DNA of 36,492 nt from an uncultured Clostridium sp. Lineage in GTDB: Bacteria > Bacillota > Clostridia > TANB77 > CAG-508. Below, piece by piece: positions 1 to 8,063 of this stretch. The translations under genes were made by a program, and so were the position numbers. The stretch lies in contig CAMMNR010000001.1 in NCBI GenBank assembly GCA_946498265.1, positions 1-36,492 on the forward strand, written 5' to 3'. Below the pieces are notes generated by a model, which was not told the DNA's origin, made no database searches, and worked only from the letters and a program-made list of their open reading frames with translations. The stretch's first letter is position 1. Each line of letters starts with the position of its first letter.

Positions 1-92
1 GGTGATAATAATTCATCTTTCTTTCTTTTTATTATTACTTTTTCATTTGTTACATTTAATTGTTCATTTGTTGTTTCATTATTTAATGCCAT
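1..92 (-). CDS. 5' end of an unidentified CDS running off the left edge (MALNNETTNEQLNVTNEKVIIKRKKDELLS...)
   Basis: ATG at 92 on the minus strand, preceded by AGGAGG (100-105) with a 7-nt spacer. Open to the window edge. Too short for the ORF track. Confidence 0.35.
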   Translation of the reverse strand, partial: MALNNETTNEQLNVTNEKVIIKRKKDELLS

Positions 93-297
93 CGGCATTC
101 CTCCTTCTTTTTCATTTTTTTATAATTTTATTTTGTCATATATTTTTTCTATTTAATTTTTTTTACATATCTTTAGAGTTATGGATGAATAATTTTGAAT
201 AAAAATTTACATTAAAAATTAAGAATTGATAATAAATTTGAAATTAAAATTTAATATAGAATAAATAGTATAAAAAACGAATAAATCTTATAATTAG

Positions 298-404
298 ATT
301 TAAATAGGAATTTATAAATTTAATTTAAATGATATTTAAATAATATTTAAATTATAAAAATATTGAATTTGTTAGAAATATATAATTAATTTGAATATTT
401 AAAT
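298..404. repeat. Cluster of five ATTTAAAT palindromes, three extended to ATATTTAAAT
   Basis: Exact ATTTAAAT at 298-305, 323-330, 334-341, 345-352 and 397-404. The middle three are spaced 11 bp apart. Confidence 0.7.
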
Positions 405-519
405 ATTAATATAGATAGTGTAAATTAAAGATATCAAACTTACCAAATTAATTAGATTATTTAAGATTAATATATTATATTTGAATTTTTTTATCCTAGA
501 TATTTTATAGAAAAAATAT

Positions 520-584
520 ATAAGATGTATAGTATAACAACATTTTCTATACAATAAAATTATGTTTATACTATAACATCTTAT
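520..584. repeat. Imperfect inverted repeat: about 21-bp arms with a 22-nt spacer
   Basis: ATAAGATGTATAGTATAACAA (520-540) against TGTTTATACTATAACATCTTAT (563-584). The arms are complementary except for two single-base indels. On the minus strand the repeat is followed by a T-run. Confidence 0.6.
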
Positions 585-607
585 TTGTTAAAAATCAAGT
601 AAAATCG

Positions 608-624
608 TTCGACTTTTTTCGACA
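608..624 (-). promoter_or_regulatory. Tandem Spo0A-box-like sites, TGTCGAA-AAA-AGTCGAA on the minus strand
   Basis: Minus-strand TGTCGAA at 618-624 is a perfect match to the TGNCGAA 0A-box consensus. AGTCGAA at 608-614 matches 6/7, separated by a 3-bp spacer. These sites are part of a 26-mer repeated at 23412-23437. Confidence 0.35.
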
Positions 625-940
625 TCACAGGTACATATAATATGTCACTCTTTGATTAATGTTCTTTTTTTTCTTATTCACTTCTTCTGTTCCTCCCATT
701 ATAAATTTTTCCATTTGTATAGATTTATATACTATTTCATAAAAATATTATCATTATCGCTAAAAATACGCAATACCTTTATATGTCATTTTTTATTTTA
801 ATATCTAATACTATAACTTACTCCTAACATATTACTCTAAAATTAACTAACTAGTTTAGTATTTTTTAATTACCTTCTATTTAATCTTATATATTTTATA
901 ATTTATAGAATAAAAAAATATCATCTAGAAATTTCTTAAA

Positions 941-964
941 TGATATTCATTATGATATTCATTA
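941..964. repeat. Perfect 12-bp tandem duplication (TGATATTCATTA x2)
   Basis: Positions 941-952 and 953-964 are identical. Confidence 0.8.
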
Positions 965-966
965 AA

Positions 967-1000
967 AATGTCTCAAAAAGAAACATCCCCATGAGACATT
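967..1000 (-). terminator. Putative rho-independent terminator of the coupling-protein operon
   Basis: 9-bp stem AATGTCTCA (967-975) pairing with TGAGACATT (992-1000). The stem overlaps the stop codon and is followed on the minus strand by UUUUUAAU. The loop is large, 16 nt. Confidence 0.5.
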
Positions 1001-3024
1001 AGTCATCTATTGGGCCAAACAATTCATCAAATTTTGCTTCTAATTCTTTTTGTAAATCATAATCACTTTCATCATCTTGTGGTAAGATTGGAGCGTCTTC
1101 AAAATCATTTAAATCTAATAATGGTACATCTTTCTTAGATTCTGTGTTTGTTCCTATTTGCTCTTTATTATTTTCTTGTTTTAGCTCTGGTTTTGTTTCT
1201 TTTATCTCATCATCTTCAAATAAGTCATCCAATGATTCTACTTTTAAATTATTTACTTGTTTTTCGTCTTTTTCTTCTACATAAGGATTATATGGATTGT
1301 ACTTTCTCCATGTACCTCTATCTATTTCTCCTATATCATTGTGACTAATTTCGTACTCTGCTAATTTTTTTGCAATCGTTGGATGTTTGAAATAATAGAA
1401 TTTTTTAGTTTTTACTGGTCTTATACCTTTAACAAATATAATACAATCGTCTACATCCATTCTTCTTAGCTCGTCAGGTGTCATTAATGCTCTTGCCATT
1501 ACTTGGTCTGAAACGCTTTTTCCTGTTTTCCAGTTTTGTCTATCACGATTTATAGATATACTATCTCTTTCTATTGTTTTTTCTCCTAATTGCTTTGAGA
1601 AATATTCCAATGTTTTATATGAGTTACTTCCTAAGAATAAGTGTGTATCACAGTTACCCATTATTGTTTCATATGATTTTTCATAAACTGCTTCTAATTG
1701 GTCTACTGTTTGTAGTATTACACTAAATGATATATTTCTACTTCTTGATGTAGATATTTTTTTATCGAAATCTGGTATTTTACCTATATTAGCAAACTCG
1801 TCTAATATGAAAAATGTTTGTTCTTTTAACTTTCCTCCATTTTGGTCTGCATAATCATATAATTGTTGTATCATTTGAGAGAAAAATATCGTTAATAAAA
1901 AGTCATATGCTGTATGTGTATCTGATGATATTACATATACTGCTGTTTTCTTACTTCCTATTTCTTCAAAATTTATGGTATCTGTTGATGTTAATTCTGC
2001 TATTTCTTTTGAATCGAATTTACCTAGTTTTGATTGTAATGAACTTAGTATTGAACTATATGTTTTTTCTGGTGCTATTTCTATTGATTTATAGTTCATT
2101 CTTGCTGGATGGTCATATGGTAATTGACTAATTAATTCTGTTAATAAATTGCTTCCACCATTAGTGTTTGCAGCCCTTACAAGTTCTGCACAACTTGCTA
2201 AGTTTTGCTCTTCTTCTGGTCTTGTTGCTATTAAATAATATATTAAAGCTTTTAATAGCATTTCTGCTGAATCATCCCAGAATGGATCACTACTTCCACT
2301 ATCTGTTTTTTGTCCTTTTACTATTGTATTTGCTATAACATCTACGTCTAATTCAGATGATATATGCATTAATGGATTATATCCATCACTATACTGTGGT
2401 CTTACTAAATTTAATACTTTTATCTCATATCCATGTTCTTTTAAATATCCTGCTGTTTTATCATATAATTCTCCTTTAGGGTCTGTAAATACATATGACC
2501 CAAGCATTTGATATGCATTTGGAATTGAATATGATGCTGATTTACCAGAACCTGATCCGTCCGACTACTAGAACATTTACATTTCCTCTTTTATCAACTG
2601 GTAAATAATTTTCTTCTGCTAGTATTATTCCTTTCTTTCTATCTAGTATTTGATATTGCTCTCCTCTTTGGCTCCAATCACTTGAACCATGCTCAATATC
2701 TGTATATTCATTTTTAGGTGCTGATCTAACAAATCCTATAAAGAAAAAAATTGAATAAAATATTGTTACTACTAATAATGTAGAAAAATATGTTTCTATT
2801 GCACCTTCTGTGAATATTTTTCCCATAGTTTCAAATGGGTTAGTAATAGATGTCGCAAAAGTTTGTAAGAAAATTTGTATATTAAATTTTCCGTCTGCAC
2901 TAGCCATATGTGAACTATATGCATATGACGAAACCAATACTATGGCTATTATTACCCATAGTATTGCAAATATTATAAAATTCTTTCTATTTCTTTTAAT
3001 TGCACCTTCTATTTTGTAATTCAT
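999..3024 (-). pseudogene. traG: Type IV secretion coupling protein (VirD4/TraG/TraD family), split by a 1-nt frameshift just upstream of Walker A
   Basis: The 160-aa N-terminal ORF (2542-3024) has two TM helices and ends ...NVLVVGRIRFW*. Shifting frame at about 2559 reads ...VVG-GSGSGKSASYSIPNAYQMLGSYVFTDPKGELY and runs into the 502-aa ORF (999-2507), which has typical T4CP motifs. Confidence 0.85.
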
Positions 3025-3044
3025 ATTTTCACCTACTCTTTTGT

Positions 3045-3317
3045 TTATATATCTCTATCTTTAGCATCATTAGTTGATTTTTCTCTATCATCACTAGCAG
3101 GTATAACCATTCCTTGTGTTAAATCTGTACTTAAAATTTCTCTTTCTGTACTTCCTAATATTATTGTTTTTGTCTTTCCTTTTATATTTTTCTTGAAATC
3201 TATTTCCTTATCTCTATCATTAACTGCAAATATTGCTGATACAATCTTAGGTGTGTCATTTAATCCCGCTGGCTTATAAGTCATATCTTTCTTTTTATTA
3301 TTAGGTTCTGTACCCAT
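3045..3317 (-). CDS. Hypothetical protein, 90 aa, co-transcribed with the coupling protein gene
   Basis: GGGAGG RBS upstream of the ATG at 3317. Lies 20 nt upstream of the traG N-terminal ORF. I recognise no family. Confidence 0.55.
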   Translation of the reverse strand: MGTEPNNKKKDMTYKPAGLNDTPKIVSAIFAVNDRDKEIDFKKNIKGKTKTIILGSTEREILSTDLTQGMVIPASDDREKSTNDAKDRDI

Positions 3318-3331
3318 AATACTTTCCTCCC

Positions 3332-3850
3332 TTATTTACTATCTCGTATTTCAAAAGCGAAATATGATTTATATGGCTTTAATTTACATTTTCCTTTTAC
3401 TTCATTTGTTTTTTCATCAAAATAAAGTACAGGTGTAATCTCTTCTGTTGTTTCTGGGTCAATTATAGATATCGGCCTTTTTAAATTAGGTGTATATTCA
3501 AAGTCCTTATACTCTGTTTCTTCTTCTGAATATATTGTTTCATATTTGAAAAGTGTTGGCTTTTTTGTTATTTTTACTTGATTACCAATTAATAATCCAG
3601 AATTTATTACCACTTTATCATTACCAAAAGACAAAATGGCAAGTTGATTTCCTTCTTTTTGTGGATTTTCTACATAAAAAGTTTTTCTAGTCAAATCTCC
3701 TACTAATTCTTCTGTAGAGTCTAATCTTTCCACTGTATACTTAGGATAATCTTTTAAAAATTCTTTTTCTGTTTTGTTAATTTGATAAATAACTGTTTTT
3801 ACTCCTTTTGGATCTGTTATGCTAAAGTGTTTACCTTGCATATTGTCCAT
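3332..3850 (-). CDS. Hypothetical protein, 172 aa, first gene of the traG operon
   Basis: G-rich RBS. Sits downstream of a consensus promoter. I recognise no family. Confidence 0.6.
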   Translation of the reverse strand: MDNMQGKHFSITDPKGVKTVIYQINKTEKEFLKDYPKYTVERLDSTEELVGDLTRKTFYVENPQKEGNQLAILSFGNDKVVINSGLLIGNQVKITKKPTLFKYETIYSEEETEYKDFEYTPNLKRPISIIDPETTEEITPVLYFDEKTNEVKGKCKLKPYKSYFAFEIRDSK

Positions 3851-3911
3851 ATATTACCCCCCATTTCTATGTTCCAATCCATAGCTTATCCTTTGTTACT
3901 CACTATACTTA

Positions 3912-3940
3912 ATTATAACTTAAAAAGATAGTTTTGTCAA
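3912..3940 (-). promoter_or_regulatory. Consensus sigma-A promoter for the 172aa-90aa-traG operon
   Basis: On the minus strand: TTGACA (3935-3940), 17 nt, TATAAT (3912-3917). Confidence 0.7.
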
Positions 3941-3954
3941 CATAAAGTAATGTA

Positions 3955-4851
3955 TTATGATATTTTGCTATTTCTTGGATTAAATTTTGATATTTCATTT
4001 AATTTTTCAAATATTTCCTTTTCCTTTGTTGTTAGCTTTTTTGGTACCATAATTTTTACTTCTGCTATTAAATCTCCTCTAGTTCCATTTATATGTTTAT
4101 ATCCCTTACCAGGTATTCTTAATTTTTCTCCACTTTGTATTCCTTGTGGGATATAAACTTTTGTTTCATCGTCTATTGATTGTACATTAGCTCTAGTTCC
4201 TAAAGCTGCTTCCCATGGTGTTAACAATAAATCTGTATATATATCATATCCTTCTAACTTAAATTTTTTACTATTTTGAATATTGATCTTTATAAATAAA
4301 TCTCCATTCTTTCCACCATTTTCACCTAGCTTACCTTGTCCAATTAATCTTATCTTTTCTCCATCTAAAATTCCCTCTGGAATTTTAACTGTAAATGTTT
4401 TTATTTTTCCATCTATGCTTTTTAACGATATTTGTTTATCTAATCCATAAAATGCATCATTTAATGTAATTGTTATCTGTGTTTCTATATCTTCACCTTT
4501 TATCGGTTTTAACTTATTTTTTTCTTTTACTTCAGCCTTATTATCATCTTTTTGAACATTTCCTAAAAACATATTAATTATTGCTCCCTTTTCTGCTTTT
4601 CCAGAAAATGCTTTTTGCTTCTGAGCAAAACGTGAATTCCAAACTCTATCATATTTTCTTTTAGATGCTGGAACTGATAATACTCTATATGCTTCATTTA
4701 TGTCTTTAATTTTTTCTTCTGCTAGATTATCTCCTACATTAACATCAGGATGATATTTTTTAGCTGCTGCTCTATATGCTAATTTTATTTCTTCTAATGA
4801 TACATGACTTGTTTCTAAATCTAATATTTTATAATAGTTTTTGTAAATCAT
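3955..4851 (-). CDS. J-domain co-chaperone, CbpA/DnaJ-like, without the Cys-rich zinc-finger domain
   Basis: N-terminal YYKILDL...AYRAAAKKYHPDVN J-domain with HPD, and a DnaJ C-terminal beta-domain (GEDIETQITITL..., GDLIAEVKI). The ATG at 4851 has GGGAGG 8 nt upstream. The ATG at 4860 abuts the RBS. Confidence 0.85.
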   Translation of the reverse strand: MIYKNYYKILDLETSHVSLEEIKLAYRAAAKKYHPDVNVGDNLAEEKIKDINEAYRVLSVPASKRKYDRVWNSRFAQKQKAFSGKAEKGAIINMFLGNVQKDDNKAEVKEKNKLKPIKGEDIETQITITLNDAFYGLDKQISLKSIDGKIKTFTVKIPEGILDGEKIRLIGQGKLGENGGKNGDLFIKINIQNSKKFKLEGYDIYTDLLLTPWEAALGTRANVQSIDDETKVYIPQGIQSGEKLRIPGKGYKHINGTRGDLIAEVKIMVPKKLTTKEKEIFEKLNEISKFNPRNSKIS

Positions 4852-5034
4852 TTTTAACATCCTCCCAAAAAATAGGTAGTTTTATTATATCATAAAAACA
4901 AAAAAAATCTACACTTTTTATAGATTTTTTATAATTTACAGTTCTTTTATAACCTAATATATTAGTATACAATTAACTTGTAGGTTTAATATATTCTATA
5001 ATCATAGTAATTGTCGAAAAATTTCGTTAGTTGT

Positions 5035-5061
5035 GGCTGAAAACTTTCAAAGTTTTCAGCC
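5035..5061. terminator. Strong hairpin immediately downstream of ddl; probable terminator
   Basis: 12-bp perfect stem GGCTGAAAACTT/AAGTTTTCAGCC with a 3-nt loop, 10 nt past the ddl stop. The T-tract lies on the plus-strand side only. Confidence 0.5.
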
Positions 5062-5071
5062 TTAATTTTTT

Positions 5072-6109
5072 TTATTTGGCAAGGTCTATTAATTTGTCTA
5101 ACAATTCACTATAACTTATACCAGATGCCTCAAACAATTTAGGATACATACTTATACTTGTAAAACCTGGCATTGTATTAATCTCATTTATATATATTTG
5201 ATTTGTTTCATATTCTATAAAAAAATCAACTCTAGATAATCCGCTTCCATCAATCGCTTTAAAAGCTTTAATTGCTTCTTTCCTTATTTCTTGTTCGATA
5301 TCTTCTGAAATTTTAGCAGGTATCTCTGTCTTTGACTCTTGATTTTTATATTTTGCATCATAACTATAAAACTCATCTGCTGCCTTTATTTCTCCTACGC
5401 ATGAAGCTATTACATCTTCATTTCCTAAAACTGCACATTCTACTTCTCTTCCATTAATTCCTTCTTCTATTAATATTTTTTTGTCAAATCCAGATGCATA
5501 TTCTATATATTTTTTTAGATCTTCTATATTTTCAGCTTTATTTATTCCCACACTAGATCCTGAATTAGATGGTTTTACAAACATTGGAAACTTTAAATTG
5601 TTAGAAATAATTTTACTTACTTCATTCAAGTCTACAATTTTTTCATTAAATTCTTTATCTATATAAATATACTTTTCCTTATCTTTTCTTATGTACTCAT
5701 ATTTAGCTTGTTTTAAACCTGCTTTTTCAAATATTATTTTTGTATATACTTTATCCATCCCCACACTTGAAGCTAAAACTTTGCATCCAACATATGGTAT
5801 TTTTAATAACTCAAATAGCCCTTGTATGGTCCCATCTTCTCCATATAATCCATGTAATACAGGAAAAATCAGATCTAAACTTTTTAGATATTCTATGACA
5901 TTATCTATTTCTTCTATATTACTAATTTGGCTACCAAATTCTATATCTTTATTTTCATATGTATATCTATTCCATTTCCCTTCTTTTGATATATATATTG
6001 GATATATATCATATTTACTTTTATCTAAATTTTTCATTATTGAATTTGCAGAAACTACAGATACCTCGTTTTCCGTAGACATTCCACCAAATACAACTCC
6101 TATTTTCAT
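5072..6109 (-). CDS. ddl: D-alanine--D-alanine ligase
   Basis: MKIGVVFGG...EHEVS-like N-terminus, ...LHGLYGEDGTIQGLFELLKIPYVG..., and an ATP-grasp C-terminus NEINTMPGFT. The ATG at 6109 is better spaced from GAGAGG than the ATG at 6118. Confidence 0.95.
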   Translation of the reverse strand: MKIGVVFGGMSTENEVSVVSANSIMKNLDKSKYDIYPIYISKEGKWNRYTYENKDIEFGSQISNIEEIDNVIEYLKSLDLIFPVLHGLYGEDGTIQGLFELLKIPYVGCKVLASSVGMDKVYTKIIFEKAGLKQAKYEYIRKDKEKYIYIDKEFNEKIVDLNEVSKIISNNLKFPMFVKPSNSGSSVGINKAENIEDLKKYIEYASGFDKKILIEEGINGREVECAVLGNEDVIASCVGEIKAADEFYSYDAKYKNQESKTEIPAKISEDIEQEIRKEAIKAFKAIDGSGLSRVDFFIEYETNQIYINEINTMPGFTSISMYPKLFEASGISYSELLDKLIDLAK

Positions 6110-6123
6110 TTTACTCATCCTCT

Positions 6124-7551
6124 CTAAATCGCAAATTTGGTTGAAAAAGATTTAAATTCTTCTTTAACTTTATCAGCCAATTCAAAAAATTTCATCCCAT
6201 TTGATGCTTTAAATAATATAACATCATTATTTGTAATATTATTTTTCAAAAACTCTATAATTTCATCTTTATTTTCAAAATAATATATATTACTTTTATT
6301 CATTCCACAAGCTTCTGCTTGATCCACAATATCTTTTGCATTTTCTCCACTGCAAATTAATATATCAATATTATTTTTAAATACTTCTGCTCCTACATTT
6401 TTATGCAATTCCTTTGAAAATTCACCTAATTCAAACATATCACCTAAGACGGCAATTTTCCTATTATCTCTGAAGTTTGCTAAATATCTTAGACTTGCTT
6501 GCATTGATTCAAAACTTGCATTATATGCATCATTAATTATTTTGGCTCCATTTGATAATTCAAAAATATCCATTCTTTTTTTAGTAAGTTCAAATGTTTC
6601 TATTCCATTTTTTATTTGTTCTCTATTTAGGTTTAAATTTTTTCCTACTAATATAGCACTCATTGCATTTAATATAAAATGTTCACCTGCAACTGGGACA
6701 TTTATTTTTGTTTCTTCTCCATCTATATCACACTCAAAAGTGCTTCCTTCTATTCCTAAATTAATATTTGCAGGATTTATATCACTTTTTGTATCTATTC
6801 CATATGTTTGTATATTGTATTTACTTTTGTTCTTTTCATGCCAATTATGTAATAGGTCATTATCATTGTTAATTATTATTGTTGGGTTTTCGCTACCATC
6901 CAATATTTCTAGTTTTGCTTTTAGAATATTTTCCCTTGACCCTAAATTTCCTATATGTGATGTTCCTATATTTGTGATTACACATATATCTGGTTTTGCA
7001 ATCTTTGACAATAAACTGATTTCTCCAAAATGGTTCATTCCCATTTCCAAAATCATTACTTCTTCATCTTTTAATCTTAATATTGTAAATGGTAATCCTA
7101 TATTATTATTATTATTTCCTATTGTTTTTAATACTTTATATTTTTGAGCTACAACATTTGATATTATATCTTTTGTACTTGTTTTACCAACACTACCAGT
7201 AATCGCCACTACTGGTATATTGTATAAATTTCTTTTGAATGATGCTATTTTATATAATGCTTGTAATGTATCTTCAACTTTTATTATAATTTTATTTTTA
7301 TATTTTTCTATATCATCTGGTGTAAATTCTATATCTTGAACTATTACACATTTTGCTCCTTTTTCTAAAGCCTCTTTCCAATATTGATTTCCATCAAATT
7401 TTTCCCCTTTAATACCTATATATGTATCATCTTGTTGTATTATTCTTGTGTCTTTTGAAAAATTTATGCATTCTGTTTCTTCATCTCCACATACTAGTTC
7501 TCCATTTGTTATTTTTACTATATCTTTTACTTTCATATTTTTCATAACCAT
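6124..7551 (-). CDS. murF: UDP-N-acetylmuramoyl-tripeptide--D-alanyl-D-alanine ligase
   Basis: ITGSVGKTSTKD P-loop and Mur ligase middle and C-terminal domains. Lies immediately upstream of ddl. Confidence 0.93.
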   Translation of the reverse strand: MVMKNMKVKDIVKITNGELVCGDEETECINFSKDTRIIQQDDTYIGIKGEKFDGNQYWKEALEKGAKCVIVQDIEFTPDDIEKYKNKIIIKVEDTLQALYKIASFKRNLYNIPVVAITGSVGKTSTKDIISNVVAQKYKVLKTIGNNNNNIGLPFTILRLKDEEVMILEMGMNHFGEISLLSKIAKPDICVITNIGTSHIGNLGSRENILKAKLEILDGSENPTIIINNDNDLLHNWHEKNKSKYNIQTYGIDTKSDINPANINLGIEGSTFECDIDGEETKINVPVAGEHFILNAMSAILVGKNLNLNREQIKNGIETFELTKKRMDIFELSNGAKIINDAYNASFESMQASLRYLANFRDNRKIAVLGDMFELGEFSKELHKNVGAEVFKNNIDILICSGENAKDIVDQAEACGMNKSNIYYFENKDEIIEFLKNNITNNDVILFKASNGMKFFELADKVKEEFKSFSTKFAI

Positions 7552-7676
7552 TTTTCAACCTTTCATATCAAAATTATTTGCTTTATTATATTCTTATTCC
7601 TTTAAAATTGCAACAAATAGTTTTTATGTATATAATCTTAAAAAATTTCCGTTACAAATGTACATCGCAAAAATTT

Positions 7677-7703
7677 AAGGAAAGCAAATTATTTGCCTTC
7701 CTT
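7677..7703 (-). terminator. Terminator of the SASP gene
   Basis: 12-bp stem (11/12 paired) with a 3-nt loop, followed on the minus strand by AAAUUUUU. Lies 15 nt past the stop codon. Confidence 0.5.
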
Positions 7704-7717
7704 TATTTTCACAAAAC

Positions 7718-7897
7718 CTATTTATTTTCTACTGCTCTATTTGCTATTTCTATAGCCTTACTTACTATATTTCCACAATCTTTTGAAGATACGTTTTCCC
7801 AACTACCTCCATCTTTTTTTACTTGGTCATATACTCCTAATTCTTTTGCTATTTCTTCTCTTAAGTTTTGAGATATTAATTTACTATTTCTAGACAT
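7718..7897 (-). CDS. Alpha/beta-type small acid-soluble spore protein, 59 aa; absent from the ORF track
   Basis: Manual translation: MSRNSKLISQNLREEIAKELGVYDQVKKDGGSWENVSSKDCGNIVSKAIEIANRAVENK. It has the EIAxELGV and SS(K/R)xCG motifs of clostridial alpha/beta SASPs. AAGGAGG RBS 5-6 nt upstream. Confidence 0.7.
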   Translation of the reverse strand: MSRNSKLISQNLREEIAKELGVYDQVKKDGGSWENVSSKDCGNIVSKAIEIANRAVENK

Positions 7898-8063
7898 ATT
7901 GTCCTCCTTATAGTATTTTAATTAATGAAATTTTCATTTCATTAATATTATTATTTACAAATTATTATATTTTATTTAGTATTTTTTTGTTTTTTATAAC
8001 ATTTTTCTCCAAAATATGATATAATATTTATGATATTTATACTTATTTACAAAGGAGATTTAA

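Larger units (their letters stand above)
1..3940 (-). mobile_element. Fragment of a conjugative transfer region (ICE- or plasmid-derived): T4SS coupling-protein operon plus an AT-rich non-coding tract. Boundaries cannot be determined in this window.
   Basis: VirD4/TraG-type coupling protein gene, two co-oriented unknown small ORFs and a 900-bp ORF-free AT-rich tract with palindrome clusters. The element continues past the left edge. No integrase or relaxase is visible. Confidence 0.45.

Noticed and set aside
2-202. Listed plus-strand 66-aa ORF at the left edge.
   Set aside because: The product is Phe/Leu/His-rich and low in complexity, and there is no RBS. The opposite strand has AGGAGG plus ATG and a plausible hydrophilic N-terminus, so the plus-strand ORF is a shadow.
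625-714. 29-codon minus-strand micro-ORF (MEKFIMGGTEEVNKKKKNINQRVTYYMYL) ending at the 0A box. An internal GGGAGG-GTG alternative gives 18 aa.
   Set aside because: It is too short and too biased in composition to support. It is not hydrophobic like type I toxins, and conservation cannot be assessed here.
2542-2570. Programmed ribosomal frameshifting as the explanation for the split traG and ttcA-like genes.
   Set aside because: There is no slippery homopolymer or heptamer and no obvious stimulatory structure at either site. The required shift is a simple single-base correction, so mutation or sequencing error is more parsimonious.
3955-4851. The J-domain protein as cargo of the conjugative element.
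   Set aside because: It lies immediately beside the element's promoter, but the window offers no repeat, att site or compositional break to place the element boundary. Its affiliation is left open.
7898-7990. Sigma-G promoter upstream of the SASP gene, and likewise upstream of sleB at 12094-12170.
   Set aside because: Only partial matches were found: AATACTA as a -10 with GAAAT at the -35, and GAATA with a poor -10. That is not good enough to call without a weight matrix.
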